A DNA stretch of 64,000 nucleotides from a virus. The notes under the pieces were generated by a model that searched no databases, had not been told where the DNA came from, and saw only the letters and a program-made list of their open reading frames with translations. The position numbers and the translations under genes are program-made. Positions 57,600-64,000 of the stretch are shown here, in pieces. Each line of letters begins with the position of its first letter. Positions within the stretch are counted from its first letter, which is position 1. Location: positions 15,153 through 79,152 of the IMG/VR virus record IMGVR_UViG_3300047172_000080. The stretch is one strand, 5' to 3'.

Positions 57600-58112
57600 T
57601 TAAATATTTGTATTTGTATTAAACTGACCAGCTGTTGATTGAGGTGCGTTCTTTTTATCCAGATGCTGCTTTAACAAACTATAAAGTCCTAAAGCTCCTG
57701 CTCCACCTAAAGCATATTGTCCTATAGGACCAGTAGCCATAGTATTAAAATGATCATGAATTCCTCCTGGAGAAGGGCCATTTAATACACTTTCTTGATA
57801 AGCTCTTTCGTGTTCATCATCAATCATACCCAATCCTGGTTGGTCATAGTTATTATGAGGTTCAAAATCATGCTGCTCAAACCTCTGTGGATCAGGTAAT
57901 GAAATACCTTTACGCACATTTTTAATATGTTGAGCCATAGCCATTTGGTCAAATCCATGACGTTCTGGGACTTTCATAAAAGAACGCCCTAAAGCTTTTG
58001 CCACTAGGTCACCTCTAAAAGCTTGTTTAACTAAACTAGTAATTTCATCTCTTGTAAAACCATATTGTTGAGCACGTTTTACAAAACCATTTATCATTGA
58101 TTGTTTGTTCAT
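57600..58112 (-). CDS. GFxKxA-leader cargo protein with Gly-zipper (true start probably 58112)
   Basis: MNKQSMINGFVKRAQQYGFTRDEITSLVKQA; ALGGAGALGLYSLL. Confidence 0.7.
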   Translation of the reverse strand: MNKQSMINGFVKRAQQYGFTRDEITSLVKQAFRGDLVAKALGRSFMKVPERHGFDQMAMAQHIKNVRKGISLPDPQRFEQHDFEPHNNYDQPGLGMIDDEHERAYQESVLNGPSPGGIHDHFNTMATGPIGQYALGGAGALGLYSLLKQHLDKKNAPQSTAGQFNTNTNI

Positions 58113-58119
58113 AATTTTA
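58017..58119. repeat. 103-bp direct repeat copy B
   Basis: Matches 54415-54517 with one mismatch. Confidence 0.95.
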
Positions 58120-58512
58120 AGAAGTAGGAAAATTAACAATTGTTTGATTAGTCCAAGTATCTGCTGTAGCAATTAAAGTAGTTACTGCAGTATTAAAAGC
58201 AGCAATAAATTGTGTAGCAAAATAAGCTGCTTGTTGTTGAGCATACTCACTAGATAAAATTGGATTTGAAGGATCGAACTGAATAGTAAAAGGTAAATCA
58301 GAAATTAGTCTAATCACTTGAGTAGGAAGAGTAAATGCAGGAACTGAACCTCCTGGTGTGTATAACCCTCCAATCGAAATTGTAGGTTCTCCAAAATCTT
58401 GAATAGCTTTAGAAAAAGCTTGAGAAATTTGATTATTGAATACAGAAAAAGTTAAAACGAAAACTCCATTCTGTACTGAGTTAACTTGAGATAAAGATAC
58501 TTGGGTAGACAT
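58117..58512 (-). CDS. putative virion protein
   Basis: Low-charge composition like the structural proteins. Confidence 0.5.
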   Translation of the reverse strand: MSTQVSLSQVNSVQNGVFVLTFSVFNNQISQAFSKAIQDFGEPTISIGGLYTPGGSVPAFTLPTQVIRLISDLPFTIQFDPSNPILSSEYAQQQAAYFATQFIAAFNTAVTTLIATADTWTNQTIVNFPTS

Positions 58513-58516
58513 AAAA

Positions 58517-59776
58517 TTATTGATTAAGAGCCATTAGTTTTTGTTTAAGTAAAGATAAATCTAATTCGCTTATTTGTCCTGCAGCATGTGGTGCAAGAGC
58601 TTGTCCGCTAACCATTTGACGTAAGATTGCTTTCAATACTTCTTTCTGTAAAGCAACCTGAGGAGCAATTTTAACTACTTGTTCAAAAGCAGCTATAACA
58701 TCTGAATGATTTTCTTTTTTTAGAATTGGATCACGTAAAAGTAAATCTTGAAGGATAGCTTGTCTTTCAAAGTTATCCATGACTGAGTTACCTGAAACAG
58801 AGGGTTTTTTAGGAGCTTCCCCTTTAGCTTTTTCAGCTACATTTTTAAAAATCTCATCTAAAAAACCAGCATACTTATCCTGCCCTTCATTCGTTGAAGA
58901 AAGAGTTAGTTCTGTAGGTTTTTTTTTTAACTCTTCAGCTTGTTTATAAATCTCAGCAATATAATCTTTTTCAAATTTGACATTATATTCTGCATCTTCT
59001 GCTTCTTTTTCAGAAGCTAACATTTCATCACTATATTTATAGAACTTTTCCAGTTGATTTAACTCAGGGCAGTTATCAAAGAATTGATAACCTTTATCGT
59101 GGATACCACGTTCTTCAGTTAACCTAGCTTGCTTATAAAGAAGATCCAACATTGGAGTAATTTCTTCTCCAAATTTAGAAATAGCTTGAGATTCAAATTC
59201 TTCAAAACTAGTACGATGCCCTGCATCTTTTCTAAAACTGTCCGCTAAATTAAAAAAACAAGCTTCCATGTTATTCTTTGCTTCGATTTTTGCAATCTTG
59301 GCGTTCATGGCTTCTTTTTCTAACTTAGCAATATAATGTGCTGATTTTTCTAAAACCGCTTTATCAGATAACTGATTAGGTTGATTTTTAGGAGTATCCG
59401 CAATTTTAAGATAAGCTTCCTTATGTAAGGGGCTTGTAAAGATCTTATCTAAATCAGGAATAGGATTAAACAATTCGACAGGAGGAAATTGTTCAGAATT
59501 AAAATGATTAGCTGTCTTTTCATTTTCATTATACAACTCTTTAATAACACCTTGAATATCTGCTAAAGGAAATTCAGCAGCTTTATCACTAGCTGTTTTA
59601 TAATGATTATAATAAAGCGCAGTATTTAAACCTTCGCCAGTACGTTGAATAAAATCATATTTAAGGTCATAATACTCAGCTGCCTTTTTTAAGGCTTCAG
59701 TAGGATTAGTGCCTTTATTAATTTCATTAACTGAATATTGAAGGGCCTCTTTAATGAGGAGATTTGGATTTTCCAT
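58517..59776 (-). CDS. K-x-A-rich head-associated protein
   Basis: Many KEA/KTA/KSA/KQA/KYA sites; C-terminal LLLRDPIL...AP.VA motif. Confidence 0.55.
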   Translation of the reverse strand: MENPNLLIKEALQYSVNEINKGTNPTEALKKAAEYYDLKYDFIQRTGEGLNTALYYNHYKTASDKAAEFPLADIQGVIKELYNENEKTANHFNSEQFPPVELFNPIPDLDKIFTSPLHKEAYLKIADTPKNQPNQLSDKAVLEKSAHYIAKLEKEAMNAKIAKIEAKNNMEACFFNLADSFRKDAGHRTSFEEFESQAISKFGEEITPMLDLLYKQARLTEERGIHDKGYQFFDNCPELNQLEKFYKYSDEMLASEKEAEDAEYNVKFEKDYIAEIYKQAEELKKKPTELTLSSTNEGQDKYAGFLDEIFKNVAEKAKGEAPKKPSVSGNSVMDNFERQAILQDLLLRDPILKKENHSDVIAAFEQVVKIAPQVALQKEVLKAILRQMVSGQALAPHAAGQISELDLSLLKQKLMALNQ

Positions 59777-59821
59777 AAAGCTATTTAGTTATTATGCTGA
59801 TAATTAGACTATTATTCAATT

Positions 59822-60961
59822 CTATTCTTTAACGATTTCTTCGATAGATTTAATAACAGGAGGAGGATTAGATTTAATAGCTGATTGATAAAGATGGTCC
59901 ACTACACCTAAAGATTCAGAATCTGAATCTAGTATATTATTTGAACCAGATGAAATTCTACTTTTCATGCATTCTGTACTTGTTTTTATATTCTCTTCTT
60001 TAACGTTTATAAGTTTTGAACCTTCTCTGGCTATATCTTGACGTATATGCTCACTAATAGCTTTATTCCAATTTATAGCATCCTTACCTGTACGAATTGC
60101 CATCTTAAGATTAAACAAGTTATCTAACGCTGAATTTAATAAGTATTGTTTAATAAAAGTTCGTTCAAGATTACTTAAAGTTTGAGGAGCTAATCTTGAT
60201 CTCAAACCTACATCACCCATTTCATTAATAAGCTTATAGAAATCAAAATCTACATCCGAAGCTATATCATTATCTACAAGCTGTCGTAAATAAGCTGTAT
60301 TAGCCACACCATCTTTTGGAGCATTTGAAAAATCGAAGAAAAGATATCTTAAAGCCTCGATTACTTTAGGTTTAAACCTATACTTTATAGCTATATCTAA
60401 ATCCTTAATACCCAAATAAATATGATAACCTATATGACGTAAGAGAACTTCATTTGATACTGATTGTCTAAAAGATATAGCGTAGTCAATAAATTCATCA
60501 AATTCTACATTAGTATAGTACCTAATTAATTTTTGAATAAATTCATCTTTAATATTTTCTAACTGTTTAACTCGCCAAATCCACCTATGAATAGATAAAT
60601 CACTTTTTTTAGTATACGTGAATCGTTTCCTATTTTCACTTCTTAATCTTAATAGTTGAAGGTGCTCGAATACGTCTCTTTCTTCACTATTAAGTTCTCT
60701 ATAAATTGCTACTCCTTGAGGACTTAATGCACAATTATTACAATATGTGGTTCTATCATTAGGATTAACAAAACGTTTTAAATAACTACCATGAAGTGTA
60801 TTAGATCTAGGATTTGGTACAACTTCTGTAGTGGAGGGATTTACTGGCATAGGTCTTCTAAAAGTATTTAATTTAGCTATAGGATGTTGAAACATATGAA
60901 ATCGCCAATCAGGGCGATGGCATATAGCCCCTACTTTAGGAAATGTAACAATATTAAACAT
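59822..60961 (-). CDS. hypothetical protein
   Basis: 379-aa ORF. Confidence 0.6.
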   Translation of the reverse strand: MFNIVTFPKVGAICHRPDWRFHMFQHPIAKLNTFRRPMPVNPSTTEVVPNPRSNTLHGSYLKRFVNPNDRTTYCNNCALSPQGVAIYRELNSEERDVFEHLQLLRLRSENRKRFTYTKKSDLSIHRWIWRVKQLENIKDEFIQKLIRYYTNVEFDEFIDYAISFRQSVSNEVLLRHIGYHIYLGIKDLDIAIKYRFKPKVIEALRYLFFDFSNAPKDGVANTAYLRQLVDNDIASDVDFDFYKLINEMGDVGLRSRLAPQTLSNLERTFIKQYLLNSALDNLFNLKMAIRTGKDAINWNKAISEHIRQDIAREGSKLINVKEENIKTSTECMKSRISSGSNNILDSDSESLGVVDHLYQSAIKSNPPPVIKSIEEIVKE

Positions 60962-62069
60962 TTTTTCTTGCTGGATGACTCAGATAGGAACCTAATCCAG
61001 ATAAACCTGCACCTAGTAAAGCAAAAGATAATACAGGTTTTGCCATAGCTCTAGGATGAAGAGAACTCAATACTTCTGAAGGAGAAAACTTAGTAGGAGC
61101 TTTAGGCTTCATATCTTTTAAAGATTTGAGTAACCCCACATTAGCTCTTCCAAAGGCTGCTCTACCAGAAGAATTTAACCCATGTAACCCTTGTTCCTTT
61201 AACTTGGTGTTACTTCTTCCTCTAAATTTAGATTGTAACTTAGATTGAATAATTTCATGTAATTTACTATCTACTTTATATTTAAGAGGTGATATAAGAT
61301 TATGGGTTAACTTACCTACACTCTTTAGTCCTTGCGTAGCTGTAGCCAATCCTGCGCCTAATCCTGCCCCTTGTAGAACATTATGAAAATGATCTGAAGT
61401 AGGATCAATATTTTTATCTTTATGTAAATTATTAAGGATAGCTAAATCAGCTCCAGGAAATGCAGACATATTAGGATGTTCATTTAATACCTTTGAAGCA
61501 TTGTCTAAATTTTGTTTATCAAATTTAGCTGAACTACTAGTTAAAGCTGGAATAGTTCCAAAAACTGCACCCTGAGCCATTCCTTGTGTAACTGATTGTC
61601 TGAGATATCTTTTTAATTCATTTTTAGCTTCAGGAGTTTTAAAATTATCTTTAAATGTAATTCTAGGTCTTTCTCCTTTTAATAAATTATGTAGACCTGG
61701 GAGATGAAAAGATTTTTCAGCAAGTCCAAAACCTAAAGATAGAGGTATGGAACCTAAGCCAAATTTAGCTGCAGAAGTTAAAGCCTCCCTCATTACAGGA
61801 TGATCTTTTTTAGAAGCTCTTTGAATTTTATGTACTGCTTGTGCTACTTGTTCTTTACGTTCTGTAGGATCTTTAGACAAGATAGCTGCTGTAGGAAGAA
61901 CGTTGGCAAAAGCAGATCCTACTGGTCTAAGTGAAGGAATATCTTCTACAAAATCTGTGGCTAAAAACTTATGAGGTTTATTTTGATAAACGTAATCTCG
62001 TAAGGTATTAAGAGCTAACCAATCCTTACCTAGATTTTGTGTTGATTTATCATGGTTATCATTTGGCAT
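60954..62069 (-). CDS. basic protein with several Gly-rich hydrophobic helices
   Basis: FGLGSIPLSLGFG; GAGLGAGLA; LLGAGLSGLGSYL. Confidence 0.6.
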   Translation of the reverse strand: MPNDNHDKSTQNLGKDWLALNTLRDYVYQNKPHKFLATDFVEDIPSLRPVGSAFANVLPTAAILSKDPTERKEQVAQAVHKIQRASKKDHPVMREALTSAAKFGLGSIPLSLGFGLAEKSFHLPGLHNLLKGERPRITFKDNFKTPEAKNELKRYLRQSVTQGMAQGAVFGTIPALTSSSAKFDKQNLDNASKVLNEHPNMSAFPGADLAILNNLHKDKNIDPTSDHFHNVLQGAGLGAGLATATQGLKSVGKLTHNLISPLKYKVDSKLHEIIQSKLQSKFRGRSNTKLKEQGLHGLNSSGRAAFGRANVGLLKSLKDMKPKAPTKFSPSEVLSSLHPRAMAKPVLSFALLGAGLSGLGSYLSHPARKNV

Positions 62070-62081
62070 TTTTTAACCATG

Positions 62082-64000
62082 TTAAGAATCAAGTACATCC
62101 TGTTGGGACATGTTAATTGTTAGTTCAGGAGATTTTCTCTTTAAGAATATGATAACATCTCCTAGATTACGAAAAACGTCAGTAAGCAGTTCTACAAACT
62201 TTGGCATGTCATCACGACCATACATTTGTGTAAACTTATCTGTTTCCCAGTGAGTAAGGAATAATAATCTACCAAGCTTATCTAAAGCCCCTAATAAAGC
62301 TGGAGTATATTCAGTAATCTTATCCTCAGGATTAACATACTTAGCTAAAGTAGCGATAGTATGAGTATCGAAGATTTCTTTCTGCCCACTTTCAGCTAAT
62401 TGGGTAGCTCTTTCAATTTCTCCATTAATCCCATCAAGATCAGGCTTAACTCCTAAACCCATTCTGGTAGGATCTTTATCGTAAGAATTATCAATTGGAG
62501 CCATTTTCTCAGAACCAACTCCTGAATAAGTGGGTGTACCAAATTCATCAGCATAAGGAACTTCTTCATCAGGTTGAGCAGGGTAAGCACCTAAATCTGC
62601 AACTTTAAGATAGCCTTTGATTTTATAAGTAGGTTTAATACCATCAATAACTTCTGAAGCTTGTTTCCAATCCATTCCTAAATCTTTAACCATGGCTATT
62701 TTAGCCGTGCGACTATTCTTGAAATGTTTTTTAAATTCTTTAACACTAACAAAATATTCACTACCTGTATTATGTACAGTCATAGGATATACTTGTCTAT
62801 CGCTAAGAATACCTGTAATAGAAGAAACTGGTCCTGGTTTACCCTGATCGTATTTTACTAATTCTTCCACTGCCCAAGGTTTTCTAACAATGATACTTAA
62901 TAGTTTAAAACCAGCGGGGATATAAATATTATTATTTTTATATGTAAATCTACCCCCTGATGATTTAGTCATAGTAATATAAAAATGACTTTCCTTATGA
63001 GGAGGAGTAAAGAAATTACCAGCTGGTAAGTCATGAATACTACCGGGGCGGTCTGAAAGAACTTTACCGCGTCTACTCAATTCTTCTATTTCATAAGCTT
63101 TAACAGGGGATACTTTTAATTTACGTAATCCTGAAGAATCTTTAAAATTAGCTTCTACTTTAAAAGGAACAGATGCTTTTAATTTTTCATTAATTAATAC
63201 ATAAGTATGATCAAATGAAGGTTTAACACTCGCAGCATCTTCGAACTGTTTATAAATATCAGAAAGATCAGCAATTCTAATTTGATCTTTAGTGAACAAT
63301 TTTGAATTATCAACTATGTAAGCTTGCCCTTTACTTGATTCTGAATCTAAGTCTACAACAATAGCATCATTTGTAGCATAAGGTAAATCTAACTGATTAG
63401 GTCTTACTAATACTAAACCATATCTAATCTCCCCAGTTTTCGTAATATACGGGTAGAAGCCAGACTCACTAGGATTAGTAAAACTTTGAGTAACATTAAC
63501 AGGAGCAAATTTAGATTTCTTACTATCGGGACGTTTATCAATTACTAAAAAGCCTTTAGTAGCTAATTCTTCTTTTTCTGCTGGAGCTAAACTCTTTGTA
63601 TCAAAAGATTCACCATCATTTAAAATTCTAACTTCTCCAGAATCGCGATATTCTTTTCCAGGACGTTCAGCTGGAGTAATAGCTTCCGCAATCTTTTCAA
63701 TTGGATAATAACGAAGAAGTGCTTCACAAAAGTCTGCATTGCTCTCAATAGCATACTTAAGTAACGACTTAGTTTCATTATTCTGATCTTTTACATAATC
63801 TAAACAAGAAGCATAAGTATATTTTCCTGTACGAGGAGGAGCAACCATATTACGCATATCCATTGCGGGCATATCCGCTTGAATAGATTGTCTGGTTTCA
63901 TTAGATGGTTGACCTGCATCCTGTGCGTCATCTTTTAAAAACAAATTAGCAAACTCTTCATTAAGAGGATAAAATTGTTCATGATCCTTAGAATAAAGTA
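62082..64000 (-). CDS. large conserved-looking phage protein, 5' part outside the window
   Basis: Frame stays open from 63944 to the window edge (LYSKDHEQFYPLNEEFANLFLKD...). Confidence 0.65.
   Translation of the reverse strand, partial: LYSKDHEQFYPLNEEFANLFLKDDAQDAGQPSNETRQSIQADMPAMDMRNMVAPPRTGKYTYASCLDYVKDQNNETKSLLKYAIESNADFCEALLRYYPIEKIAEAITPAERPGKEYRDSGEVRILNDGESFDTKSLAPAEKEELATKGFLVIDKRPDSKKSKFAPVNVTQSFTNPSESGFYPYITKTGEIRYGLVLVRPNQLDLPYATNDAIVVDLDSESSKGQAYIVDNSKLFTKDQIRIADLSDIYKQFEDAASVKPSFDHTYVLINEKLKASVPFKVEANFKDSSGLRKLKVSPVKAYEIEELSRRGKVLSDRPGSIHDLPAGNFFTPPHKESHFYITMTKSSGGRFTYKNNNIYIPAGFKLLSIIVRKPWAVEELVKYDQGKPGPVSSITGILSDRQVYPMTVHNTGSEYFVSVKEFKKHFKNSRTAKIAMVKDLGMDWKQASEVIDGIKPTYKIKGYLKVADLGAYPAQPDEEVPYADEFGTPTYSGVGSEKMAPIDNSYDKDPTRMGLGVKPDLDGINGEIERATQLAESGQKEIFDTHTIATLAKYVNPEDKITEYTPALLGALDKLGRLLFLTHWETDKFTQMYGRDDMPKFVELLTDVFRNLGDVIIFLKRKSPELTINMSQQDVLDS

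Noticed and set aside
54415-58119. Diversity-generating retroelement template/variable repeat pair
   Set aside because: Only one mismatch, located at gene 5' ends, and no reverse transcriptase in the window
1-64000. Genome-wide stop-codon reassignment suggested by the release-factor domain
   Set aside because: Genes are long and tightly packed under the standard code, and TAA, TAG and TGA all occur as real stops

Overview
AT-rich segment of a large (probably jumbo) myovirus-type phage genome, with almost all genes on the minus strand. Read in transcription order (right to left), it contains: (1) a head module with many small Gly-zipper proteins, an intein-split putative prohead protease, scaffold-like proteins, a glycosyltransferase, a decoration protein and an HK97-type major capsid protein; (2) accessory genes, including a Hef-like endonuclease, a non-autonomous IS605/TnpB element and a BCS1-like AAA ATPase; (3) neck genes with a stand-alone GGQ release-factor domain among them; (4) tail sheath, tube, spike/hub, frameshifted tail chaperones and tape measure; (5) baseplate genes with an embedded sigma factor and five paralogous fibre-like proteins; (6) a ~1.3 kb ORF-free, densely base-paired region; (7) small enzymes (deaminase, 3D domain, MazG). 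The best novelty candidates are: (a) a ~1.3 kb structured non-coding RNA at ~5750-7060 on the minus strand; (b) a leader-plus-cargo system in which a ~30-aa GFxKxA leader ending in K-x-A, once duplicated as a 103-bp DNA repeat, is fused to unrelated hydrophobic cargo proteins beside the head protease; (c) promoter/terminator cassettes with an exact CCCC-N23-TGGTATAATA motif. The IS ends and the zinc-finger gene it splits can be reconstructed to the base. All product calls come from motif recognition and synteny by eye; no searches were run.
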